A stretch of 57,625 bases of DNA, filler included, from Candidatus Eiseniibacteriota bacterium (GTDB taxonomy: Bacteria; Orphanbacterota; Orphanbacteria; Orphanbacterales; Orphanbacteraceae), in the NCBI GenBank assembly GCA_043809585.1. It is 3 parts of 3 records of this genome, joined end to end, with 100 filler letters (N's around TTAATTAATTAA, not from the genome) between each part and the next. Parts side by side here need not be neighbours in the genome. Positions count along the whole stretch, not along the records: positions 22,901 to 41,092 come from JBDROZ010000113.1; positions 41,193 to 57,625 come from JBDROZ010000114.1; 1 more part is not named here. One strand, written 5' to 3'. The translations under genes and the position numbers were made by a program. The notes under the pieces are model-generated. The model made no database searches. It was not told the origin of the DNA and saw only the letters and a list, made by a program, of their open reading frames with translations. Positions 37,739 to 46,472 of this stretch are shown here, piece after piece; positions within the stretch are counted from its first letter, which is position 1, and each line of letters opens with the position of its first letter.

Positions 37739-39357
37739 GCGAATACCTCCCCGGGGAAGTCCTCGAGCCTCGCCTTGACGGCGGCCATGAACCGATCCGC
37801 CACGGCGCCGTCGATGAGGCGGTGATCGAAGGAGAGGGAGAAGTGCGCGATCTCCCGGATCCCGATCGCGTCTCCGACGACGGCGGGCCGCTTCTTCGAC
37901 TCTCCCATCCCGAGGATCGCCGAGTTCGGCTGGTTGATGACGGGGAAGTTGAAAAGCGCGCCGTAGGGCCCCGGATTGGTGATCGAGAAGGTCGAACCCC
38001 GCACCTCGTCGATCGCGAGTTTCTTGCTCCGGGCCCGTACCGCGAGATCCTGCAGGGATCGGGCGATCTCGCCGATGCCCATCCTCTCCGCGTTCCTGAT
38101 CACCGGCACGATCAATCCGTCCTCGAGGGCGACCGCCACGCCGATGTTCACATCCTTGTGGAAAACGATCTCCTCCCCCTTCACCGAGGCGTTCACCACC
38201 GGGAACTCGAGGAGCGTGGGCACGACCGAGTGGATCACCATGGCCGTGAGGGTGAGGCGGGCGCCGTGACGCGCCTCGAACGCCTCTTTGTGGGCGGCGC
38301 GGATCTTCTGGGCCTCCGTGACGTCGATCTCGAAGACGGTGAGCACGTGAGGGGCCGTTCGCTTGCTCATCACCATGTGCTCGGCGATCTTCTTCCGCAT
38401 GATCGACATGGGCTCCACCGAATCGCCCTTCATCACCGGAGCGGAAGGAGCGGCCGGCTCGGACGCCGGAGCGTCGCCGGTCCCGGGCGCGGCGGAGGGG
38501 GTCCCGCTTTCGACGAATTGGAGAACATCCTCCTTGCTCACCCGCCCTCCCCGGCCCGTGCCGGGCACCCGCGCGATGTCGACGCCCCGCTCCCGGGCGA
38601 TCCGCCGCGCGATGGGCGACGAGCGGATGTCGGACGAAGAGGAAGAGGAGATCGCCGCGGGGGGAGCATCGGGCTTCGGGGCCGGCATCGCTTCTTCCAG
38701 GGACTTGTCCGCCGAAGCCTTGGCGGAGGCGGAAGCCTCGGCGGAGGCGGAAGCTCCGCCGCCGATGTACGCGACCACCTTGCCGACCTCGATCGTCTCC
38801 CCTTCGCGCGTCACGATCTTCGTCAGCACCCCCGCCTCGGGGGAGGGAATCTCGGCGTCCACCTTGTCCGTGGAAATCTCGAAGAGGGGATCGTCCTTCG
38901 CGACCCTGTCCCCTTCCTTCACGAGCCACTTGATGATGGTCCCCTCGGCGACGCTCTCGCCCATCTGGGGCATCATCACCGGATGACCTTCGTCCGGGGC
39001 CGGCGGCGCGGGCTTGTCCGCCGAAGCCTTGGCGGAGGCGGATGCCGGCACGGGCTTCTTCGCGACGGGCCTGCCCGCCGAAGCCTTGGCGGAGGCGGAA
39101 GCCTCGGCGGAGGCGGACCCCTCGGTGGAGAGGGTCGCCACGACCATGCCGACCTCGACGGTCTCCCCCTCGGGCACCAAGATCTTTGCCACAACGCCCG
39201 ACTCGGGGGCGGGGATTTCGGCGTCCACCTTATCGGTGGAAATCTCGAAGAGAGGGTCGTCTTTCGCGACCAGGTCCCCCTCCTTCACGAGCCACTTGAT
39301 GATCGTGCCCTCGGCGACGCTTTCGCCCATCTGGGGCATGACGACATCTTTCGACAT
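37735..39357 (-). CDS. Dihydrolipoamide acyltransferase (E2) with two lipoyl domains
   Basis: Two MPQMGESV...STDKVD lipoyl domains, E3-binding GTGRGGRV, catalytic DHRLIDG. Confidence 0.95.
   Translation of the reverse strand: MSKDVVMPQMGESVAEGTIIKWLVKEGDLVAKDDPLFEISTDKVDAEIPAPESGVVAKILVPEGETVEVGMVVATLSTEGSASAEASASAKASAGRPVAKKPVPASASAKASADKPAPPAPDEGHPVMMPQMGESVAEGTIIKWLVKEGDRVAKDDPLFEISTDKVDAEIPSPEAGVLTKIVTREGETIEVGKVVAYIGGGASASAEASASAKASADKSLEEAMPAPKPDAPPAAISSSSSSDIRSSPIARRIARERGVDIARVPGTGRGGRVSKEDVLQFVESGTPSAAPGTGDAPASEPAAPSAPVMKGDSVEPMSIMRKKIAEHMVMSKRTAPHVLTVFEIDVTEAQKIRAAHKEAFEARHGARLTLTAMVIHSVVPTLLEFPVVNASVKGEEIVFHKDVNIGVAVALEDGLIVPVIRNAERMGIGEIARSLQDLAVRARSKKLAIDEVRGSTFSITNPGPYGALFNFPVINQPNSAILGMGESKKRPAVVGDAIGIREIAHFSLSFDHRLIDGAVADRFMAAVKARLEDFPGEVFA
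38704..39117. repeat. Three palindromic repeat units inside the E2 linkers
   Basis: CCGCCGAAGCCTTGGCGGAGGCGGA at 38704-38754, 39013-39042 and 39070-39117. Confidence 0.8.
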
Positions 39358-39385
39358 CTCGTTTCTCCTCGCCCGTTTCTCGAAT

Positions 39386-40789
39386 TCAAATATGAATCGC
39401 CCCCTCACCCGCCGCGAGGGCCGCCTCGTGGATCGCTTCCGAAAGGGTCGGGTGGGGGTGGATGGTTTCTCCCAATTCGTGGACGCCCCCCTCGGCGTGC
39501 ATCACGGCGGTCACGCCGGAGAGGAGTTCCGTGACGTGATGGCCGATCATGTGGACGCCGAGGATCTCGCCGTGCTTCGCGTCGGAGACGATCTTGACGA
39601 AGCCGACCGTGTCGCCCACGACCGCGGCCTTCGAGTTCGCCGAGAAGGGGAACTTGCCGACTTTGGCGTCGTGGCCTCTTCTCCTCGCCTCCTCCTCGGT
39701 GAGGCCGACGGCGGCGATCTCGGGGATACAGTAGACGCACGACGGCACCTGGTCGTGGTCGATGGGTTGCGGATCCCGGCCCGCGATCCCTTCCACGGCG
39801 ACGACCCCTTCTTCCGACGCGAGGTGGGCGAGGGCGGCGGTGGGGACCACGTCGCCGATGGCGTAGATCCCGGGAACGTTCGTCTCCATGCGCGGGCCGG
39901 TCGGGATGAACCCGCGCTCCCGCTTCACGCCCGCCTCGTCGAGGCCGATCCCGTCGGTCACGGGCCTCCGGCCGACGGCGACGAGCAACTTGCCGGCGGC
40001 GATCGTCTCTTTCCCGCCGCTCTCCACGTTTTCGAGCACCACCTTCACGCCGTCGCCCGTCTTGTCGACGGAAACGAACTTGGTGCCTACTTTGACGGCG
40101 ATGCCCCGCTTCTGGAAGGCCCGGGCAAGCTCCTTGGAGACTTCCGCGTCCATGAGAGGGACGAGGCCGGGGAGCATCTCGACCAGGGTGATCTCGCATC
40201 CGAAGCTGTGGTAGAGAGAGGCGAACTCGACGCCCACGGCGCCGCCGCCGAGGACGACCATCGACTTCGGGACCTCCTCGAGATAGAGAGCGTCGTCGCT
40301 GGAGATGATTTTGTCGCCGTCGAAGTCGGCGCCCGGAATCGACGCGACTTGGGAGCCGGTGGCGACGAGAATGTTCTTGGTCTCGAGGATCACGGCGTCC
40401 CCCTCCTCGGGGGTGACGCGGACTTTCCCCGGCGCCTCGATGAAGCCGGTCCCCTGGAGGACGTCGACCTTCCCTTTCTTCATCAGGTACTCGACGCCCT
40501 TGGCGTTCTTGTCGACCACGATCTTCTTCCGGCGGAGGAGCTTCTTCCAGTCGACGGAGAAGCCCTCGACTTCGATTCCGTACTGTTTCATGTGGTCCAA
40601 GTTCTCCCGCATCTCGGCGGCGTAGAGGAGGACTTTGGTCGGGATGCAGCCCCAGTGGAGGCAGGTGCCGCCGAGGGCTTTCTGCTTCTCGACGATCGCG
40701 GTGCTAAGGCCGAGTTGGGCGGCCCTGACGGTGGCGACGTAGCCGCCGGGGCCGGATCCAATTACAATCAAATCATAGGATTGTGCCAT
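39386..40789 (-). CDS. lpdA: Dihydrolipoyl dehydrogenase
   Basis: GSGPGGY, GGTCLHWGCIPTK, HPHPTLSE. Confidence 0.96.
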   Translation of the reverse strand: MAQSYDLIVIGSGPGGYVATVRAAQLGLSTAIVEKQKALGGTCLHWGCIPTKVLLYAAEMRENLDHMKQYGIEVEGFSVDWKKLLRRKKIVVDKNAKGVEYLMKKGKVDVLQGTGFIEAPGKVRVTPEEGDAVILETKNILVATGSQVASIPGADFDGDKIISSDDALYLEEVPKSMVVLGGGAVGVEFASLYHSFGCEITLVEMLPGLVPLMDAEVSKELARAFQKRGIAVKVGTKFVSVDKTGDGVKVVLENVESGGKETIAAGKLLVAVGRRPVTDGIGLDEAGVKRERGFIPTGPRMETNVPGIYAIGDVVPTAALAHLASEEGVVAVEGIAGRDPQPIDHDQVPSCVYCIPEIAAVGLTEEEARRRGHDAKVGKFPFSANSKAAVVGDTVGFVKIVSDAKHGEILGVHMIGHHVTELLSGVTAVMHAEGGVHELGETIHPHPTLSEAIHEAALAAGEGAIHI

Positions 40790-40867
40790 TCGCATTTCCT
40801 CCGGACGCCCCCGGGCGGGGCTGGCCGTACCAGTGTAACATAATGAAAAAGTGGGGGGGACATGCGT

Positions 40868-41092
40868 GGGCATGCCCCTCCATGAAGATGACCGGCGGGG
40901 CGGGGGATCGGAGGAGGGAGGGGGCGGGGCATAACCGGGCGAGCCCAAGGAGGACTTCCGCACCGCCGGCACCGCGAGTCCGGAGAAAGGGAGGGGTCTC
41001 TCCCGCAGTACGACGAGCGTCCCAGTCCGCCCCATCCCCCTCCCTCCTCCGATCCCCCGCCCCGCCGGTCATCTTCATGGAGGGGCATGCCC
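40868..41092. repeat. Long inverted-repeat element at the contig end
   Basis: About 57-bp near-perfect arms at 40868-40924 and 41036-41092 around a core shared with about 21117-21222. Confidence 0.8.
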
Positions 41093-41192
41093 NNNNNNNN
41101 NNNNNNNNNNNNNNNNNNNNNNNNNNNNNNNNNNNNTTAATTAATTAANNNNNNNNNNNNNNNNNNNNNNNNNNNNNNNNNNNNNNNNNNNN
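41093..41192. other. Artificial contig linker
   Basis: N44-TTAATTAATTAA-N44. Confidence 0.98.
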
Positions 41193-41960
41193 CGTAATCT
41201 GGCCGTGTTCCTCGACTTCGAGAATCTCGCCCTCGGCTTCACCGGCCGCCGGGAAAACGCGTTCGACATCAAGCGCGTCCTCGACCGGCTCCTCGACAAG
41301 GGAAAGGTGCTCGTCAAGACCGCCTACGCAGACTGGGGGCGGTTCCGGGAGTACACCCAGCCGCTTCACGAGGCGGGCGTCGAACTCGTGGAGATCCCGA
41401 AGCGATCGTCCACGGGCAAGAACTCGGCGGATATCCGCCTCTGCGTCGACGCCATGGACCTCAGCTACAGCAAGGAACATATCAACACGTTCGTCGTCGT
41501 CTCCGGGGACAGCGACTTCTCGCCGCTCGTCTCGAAACTGAAGGAGAACGGCAAGTATGTCATCGGTCTCGGCATGAAGAAGTCGACGTCCAAGCTCCTC
41601 TCCGACAACTGCGACGAGTTTCTCTACTACGAGGACCTCGACGAAGAGTCGACGCCCGAGACCGCTCCGACGGGCACGAAGAAGATCCCCGCGGAGAAGC
41701 GGGAGGTCTACTTCCTCCTCTTCGACGCGATCCGCGCGCTGCAACGGGAGAACTGGGGCGTGATCTACTCTTCCCTCGTGAAGGACACGATGAAGCGGAA
41801 GCGCCCCTCCTTCAACGAATCGAGTTACGGCTACCGGAGCTTCAGCGAGCTGCTCGAGGAGGCCCAGGAGGCGGGGCACGTCACGCTGAAAACCGACGAA
41901 CGGAGCGGCACCTACGTCGTCACCAAACTCGACTACGGCCGGCGGCGGCGGCGAAGGTAG
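41193..41960 (+). CDS. NYN domain protein with C-terminal OST-HTH/LOTUS, 5' partial
   Basis: FLDFEN, KNSADI, VSGDSDFSPL, CDEF, FNESSYGYRSFSELLE. Confidence 0.9.
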   Translation, partial: RNLAVFLDFENLALGFTGRRENAFDIKRVLDRLLDKGKVLVKTAYADWGRFREYTQPLHEAGVELVEIPKRSSTGKNSADIRLCVDAMDLSYSKEHINTFVVVSGDSDFSPLVSKLKENGKYVIGLGMKKSTSKLLSDNCDEFLYYEDLDEESTPETAPTGTKKIPAEKREVYFLLFDAIRALQRENWGVIYSSLVKDTMKRKRPSFNESSYGYRSFSELLEEAQEAGHVTLKTDERSGTYVVTKLDYGRRRRRR

Positions 41961-42043
41961 GCCGGATCTCCCCCCGGGACGTGGACCGCCGCCCGAAAGA
42001 GGGCTAAACTGAGAAGAGAGTCCCTTCCCCGGGAGGCCGGCCG

Positions 42044-42244
42044 ATGCCCTGCCCCCACATCATCCTCGCCGACCGATCGGCGCCCCCGGTGCGCGTCTAC
42101 CTCTGCACGAACCCCGTCCGCGGGGAGGGGCCCCGGGCCCCTCGTCTCGCCCAATTGCGGGAGCACTGCCTGACCGAGGATCGGTACGAGCGGTGTGACG
42201 GCTACCGGGAGGCGAAACGAAGAACCCGCGACTCCCGCCACTGA
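42044..42244 (+). CDS. Small four-cysteine protein (possible zinc binder)
   Basis: GGAGG RBS; MPCP...YLC...HC...RCDGY. Confidence 0.6.
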   Translation: MPCPHIILADRSAPPVRVYLCTNPVRGEGPRAPRLAQLREHCLTEDRYERCDGYREAKRRTRDSRH

Positions 42245-42271
42245 ATCCCCCCCGGTTGCGCCGCCGGGCCC

Positions 42272-42727
42272 CTATTTCATCGTATACGTCAGCGTCCTCG
42301 TCACGACTCCCGCGGGCCGGCCGTCCGCTTCGAGGTCCCTCTCCCGGTCGCTCAGCGCCGCCGGACGCGGACCGTCGACGGCCCGCCGGATCACCCGGGC
42401 CGAAAGACGGGCCCGAACGGTACCGGCCGGTTCCCGGGCCGTGATCATGACGACCCGGTTGCCGAATTCCCCGTCCACCACGATCTCCCAAGGGTATTCG
42501 CACTCGACGCGAAGGTCCGAGACCTCCTGCTCCTGGAGTTCCTGGGGCAGGGCGATCCAGAGTTCCGCCACCTTCGTCCCCTCCGGGAAACCTGACCCTT
42601 CCACGGTCCACTCGATGTCGATCGTCCGCTCCATCACCGGAGCCTCCGACGGGGCCGCCCCCCCGGCGAACACCGCGAGAACGAACAGGGGGATGAGCAT
42701 CATTCGCTTTCTCATGGCTATCTCCAT
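42272..42727 (-). CDS. Secreted protein resembling a transglutaminase-like protein lacking its catalytic core
   Basis: Signal peptide; ELWIALPQ...QEV...EFGNRV N-domain followed directly by EADG...VTRTLTY. Confidence 0.5.
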   Translation of the reverse strand: MEIAMRKRMMLIPLFVLAVFAGGAAPSEAPVMERTIDIEWTVEGSGFPEGTKVAELWIALPQELQEQEVSDLRVECEYPWEIVVDGEFGNRVVMITAREPAGTVRARLSARVIRRAVDGPRPAALSDRERDLEADGRPAGVVTRTLTYTMK

Positions 42728-43575
42728 GGGCTCCGGGATCCGGGACCTGCGCCGACGGGATTTCGCGCCGGCCTAGAAGTAGAATGTGACGTGCGAATCG
42801 AGACGGTTGTTCACGCCGTCCGCGAGGGTCCACGCCGCACCCATCCGGCGGATGAACTCGCGGGGGTTTCGATGATCGGGGTCGGAGAAGACGAACGAGA
42901 ATGGTCCATTCCGGTCACTCCTCGGAGAACGCCCGCGGCGTCCTTCCGGAGTCGACCGGGTCAGATGCCGGGCGGGGGCGTTCCTCGGTTGGGCCCAAAG
43001 ACCTTGGGCCGTTTCAGGCTTCAGTTGCGCAGGAACATCACTATGCTCCGACTTCGGTATGCCGGTGATGCGAATCCGCCGCGCCCTTGGCGACGGGTGG
43101 GAAAAGAAGTGGACCGTCCGCCGGGGTGGACGGCCCACCATATGGAAACTCACCGCCGGGGCCGGGGTCGGGTCGATCGGCGGTGAGCCTCCCAGTCCGA
43201 GACCATCGAACAGGAAACAGCCCGATTGATTGTTCCTATCAGTCGTTATAATAACCTGTCCGGGGAACCTTCGTCAAGCAACAAGATAACGGAGCACAAT
43301 ACGTGAATGCGCAGATCTGCGGAGATCCACGAGAGTCCTTCTCCCGGAACCAGATACCGATAGAATCAGATACCGACGTTGAAATGCCGGTGGGAATCCG
43401 AAGCCCATTGCCCGCCCAGGGGCTGCTGTCGGATACCACCGAAATCAGTTACCGATACAGAAGATACCGAAGTTGATGTCCCGATGTCGATTCTACTTGT
43501 GGGCGAGTGAATGCTCACTTAGAGTCATAGGGGACCACGTTCGACCCCCTGCCGGGGAGAGGGGTTTGTGTCATC

Positions 43576-44622
43576 ATGGGTTATCTTCGATCCTCGATTC
43601 GATGGCTCGAGGGGACCGCCGGGGTGAAGCGATTTCAGACGTTTCGGATCCGCCTGATCGTTCAGGCCGGCTTCGCGGCCACCTGCATTCTCCTGGGCTT
43701 TCAGTTCTCCCGGTTCTTGAGTACTGTTCGGGCGAGGGGAGCCCCGCTCCCGGTCCGCCCCCCCGGCGTGGAAGGCTTCCTCCCGATCAGCGGGCTCATG
43801 GGTGCCCTCGACTGGATTTACCAGGGAACGATCAACCGGATCCACCCGGCGGCGACGGTTCTCTTCCTCGTCTTCCTCGCGATTTCGATCCTTCTTCGAA
43901 AAGGGTTCTGTTCCTGGATCTGCCCCGCCGGGTTCATGTCCGAATCCCTCGCTCGACTCGGGCAGAAGATCTTCGGCCGGAATTTTCGGCCGCCCCAGTG
44001 GCTCGACGTCCCGCTCAGGGGATTGAAGTACCTGCTCCTCGGCTTCTTCCTCTGGGCGATCTTCGGCATGTCCCCGCCGGCGCTCCGGGCGTTCATCGAC
44101 TCGCCGTACAACCGGGTCTCGGACGTGAAGATGTACCTCTTCTTCGCCGACATCGGCCCCCTCGCGCTGAAGGTGCTCGTCGTTCTCGCCGTGGCGTCGA
44201 TCTTCGTCCAGGGGGCATGGTGCCGCTTTCTCTGCCCCTACGGCGCTCTTCTCGGGCTCTTCTCGTGGATGTCGCCGGTGAAGATCCGGCGGGGCGCGGA
44301 GACCTGTACCTCCTGCGGATTGTGCGACGAGGTTTGCATGGCACGGCTGCCGATCTCGAAGAAGGCGAGGATCGTGAGCGCCGAATGTACCGGCTGCCTC
44401 GACTGCGTCGCGGCCTGCCCGGTCTCCGCCACGCTCACCGCCGGCTCCAGGACCCGCCGCGTCGGGCCGTTCGCTTTCGCCATGGCGCTCCTCCTTCTCT
44501 TCTTCACCGGCTACACCGCCGCCCGGGGTCTCGGGCTCTGGCGCAACGACATCTCGGACGCGGAGTACATCCAGCGCGTCCACGACATGGACGGCGCCGA
44601 TTACGGACACCCGGGGATGTAG
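43576..44622 (+). CDS. Membrane 4Fe-4S binding polyferredoxin (NapH/YccM-like)
   Basis: FCSWICPAG, WCRFLCPYG, CTSCGLCDEVC, CTGCLDCVAACP. Confidence 0.9.
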   Translation: MGYLRSSIRWLEGTAGVKRFQTFRIRLIVQAGFAATCILLGFQFSRFLSTVRARGAPLPVRPPGVEGFLPISGLMGALDWIYQGTINRIHPAATVLFLVFLAISILLRKGFCSWICPAGFMSESLARLGQKIFGRNFRPPQWLDVPLRGLKYLLLGFFLWAIFGMSPPALRAFIDSPYNRVSDVKMYLFFADIGPLALKVLVVLAVASIFVQGAWCRFLCPYGALLGLFSWMSPVKIRRGAETCTSCGLCDEVCMARLPISKKARIVSAECTGCLDCVAACPVSATLTAGSRTRRVGPFAFAMALLLLFFTGYTAARGLGLWRNDISDAEYIQRVHDMDGADYGHPGM

Positions 44623-44674
44623 GGGGCGGAGAAACCGAACCGACTGCGCGGAGTATTGTTCTCGATTATACTCG

Positions 44675-44797
44675 AGAACTCGTTTCAAAACCCCTTTCGC
44701 CGCGAGGGTGAGCAAAGGGACGGACGGCGAGGATCGAGGGCTAAGCGGGCCCTCCCTGCAGCCAGCCGCAGCAGGAAGGGGTTTTGAAACGAGTTCT
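44675..44797. mobile_element. MITE with perfect 22-bp TIRs
   Basis: AGAACTCGTTTCAAAACCCCTT / AAGGGGTTTTGAAACGAGTTCT; second copy at 49402-49577. Confidence 0.85.
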
Positions 44798-44858
44798 AGG
44801 CACGCTCCCGACTCGGCGGCCGGGTCGGCGGGTTCCCCACACCGGCGAAAGGCGGACC

Positions 44859-45317
44859 ATGACCAACACGATTCGATCGGGCGCCGCGCTCCTCCTGTTC
44901 CTTGTGTTCCTGCTGGCGGGATGCGCCGGCCGCTCCACGACGGGCGGCATTCTCACGAACAATCTCACGAAAGAGTCGGCGGTTGCGGCGGTGGCGAAGG
45001 TCCTCTCCGAAGGGGGCTACACGGTGACCGAGGCGAGCGAATTGACCGGCACGGTCGAAACCGATTGGCTTCCCGACCCCGCGTCGGCGATCCCCGGGTT
45101 CGCCACCCGCTACACCGCGACGGTGACGGACGAGCAGGTCTCGCTCCACAAGCTCGCCCGGGGCATGGTGGATGACAAGATGACACCTCTGAAGTCGGGC
45201 GGCGTCGATCTCCCGATTCTCGAGAAGCTCGCCGGCCTTCTCGGCACGACCGTCGACGCCGGAGTCCAAAAAAGTAATCGCCAGCAGCAGACGGAAGACC
45301 CGGGCGACGGGCCGTAA
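44859..45317 (+). CDS. Hypothetical lipoprotein
   Basis: Lipobox LAGC; GTVETDW. Confidence 0.7.
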   Translation: MTNTIRSGAALLLFLVFLLAGCAGRSTTGGILTNNLTKESAVAAVAKVLSEGGYTVTEASELTGTVETDWLPDPASAIPGFATRYTATVTDEQVSLHKLARGMVDDKMTPLKSGGVDLPILEKLAGLLGTTVDAGVQKSNRQQQTEDPGDGP

Positions 45318-45482
45318 GACCGGGGCGCCCGCCCGAGAGAGTGCTTGGGGGGTCCGGTCTTCCCGATTCCCCTTTTTCTGCTATGCTGGATGGGGAAGCG
45401 CTGACAGACCCTTTCGGCCCGTCGGTCCCCCCCGAGCCCCGAACCACGAACGCCGGACGATCCCTTCCGGGAGCAACCAGCC

Positions 45483-46472
45483 ATGACGAGCCGTCGCGGC
45501 TTTCTGAAGAGAGGGCTCCTCCTCGGAGGGGCGGCGATCGTGGGCGCACCCGTGAGATCCCGAATCGCCGCCGAGGGCCGGGCGGCCCGCTCCCGCATCG
45601 TGGTCGCCCGGGACGGTCACCTCGATCCGCTGAAGGGGGGGCTCGACACCTCCCGTCTCGCCAGGCTCCTCGACCGGACCATGCAGACCCTCTTCGACAC
45701 CGATGATCCGGTCGAGCCGTGGCGGCGCGTGGTCCGGCCGGGCGAGGTGGTGGGGCTGAAGGTGAACTGCCTCGCGGGACCCCGGCTCTCCACGCGGACC
45801 GAGCTGGTGCAAGCCGTCGCGGAGAGGCTCCGGGGGGCGGGCGTCGCGGAGAAGGACATCGTCGTCTGGGACCGGCAGAACACGGATCTCGAGGAGGGGG
45901 GCTACCGGATACGCCACCGGGGGAGCGGGATTCGGTGCTTCGGCAACGACCTTCTCGGATTCGGCCGCGACCTGGAGGCGTTCGGTAGCGCGGGGAGTCT
46001 GGTCTGCCGGACCCTCACGGAGACCGTGGACGCCGTGATCAACCTGCCCGTCTTGAAGGACCACGGGATCGCCGGGGTCACGATGGCGCTCAAGAACCTG
46101 TTCGGCGCCGTGCACAATCCGAACAAGTACCACATGAACGCCGGCGACCCGTACATCCCGGACGTCTACATGCTCCCCTCCATCCGCTCCAAGGTCCGAC
46201 TGACGATCGGCGACGCCCTCCTCGCCCAGTGCGAGGGAGGCCCGCCGTTCATGCCCTCTTGGGCCTGGCCTTTCGGCGGACTCATCGCCGGAACGGACCC
46301 GGTGGCCCTTGACACGGTCGCCTGGGGGATCATCGAGGAGGAGCGGGCCAGGCTCGGCCTGCCGACGCTCGCGGAAGCGGGGCGGGAGCCGGTCTACATC
46401 GCCACCGCGGCGGACGATCGCCATCGCCTGGGAACGAACGATCCGGAGAGGATCGAACGGGTGGAAGCGTGA
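45483..46472 (+). CDS. DUF362 domain protein with Tat signal
   Basis: SRRGFLK, VGLKVNC, INLPVLKDHGIAGVTMALKNLFG, DPVALD. Confidence 0.88.
   Translation: MTSRRGFLKRGLLLGGAAIVGAPVRSRIAAEGRAARSRIVVARDGHLDPLKGGLDTSRLARLLDRTMQTLFDTDDPVEPWRRVVRPGEVVGLKVNCLAGPRLSTRTELVQAVAERLRGAGVAEKDIVVWDRQNTDLEEGGYRIRHRGSGIRCFGNDLLGFGRDLEAFGSAGSLVCRTLTETVDAVINLPVLKDHGIAGVTMALKNLFGAVHNPNKYHMNAGDPYIPDVYMLPSIRSKVRLTIGDALLAQCEGGPPFMPSWAWPFGGLIAGTDPVALDTVAWGIIEEERARLGLPTLAEAGREPVYIATAADDRHRLGTNDPERIERVEA

Noticed and set aside
42960..43200. Fluoride, Moco or NiCo riboswitch
   Set aside because: Only fragments (GGTGATG, TATGGAAAC, GCCTCCC) match; the required helices are absent.
43351..43470. CRISPR array
   Set aside because: Repeats are about 10 nt with 5-6-nt gaps and no cas genes are present.
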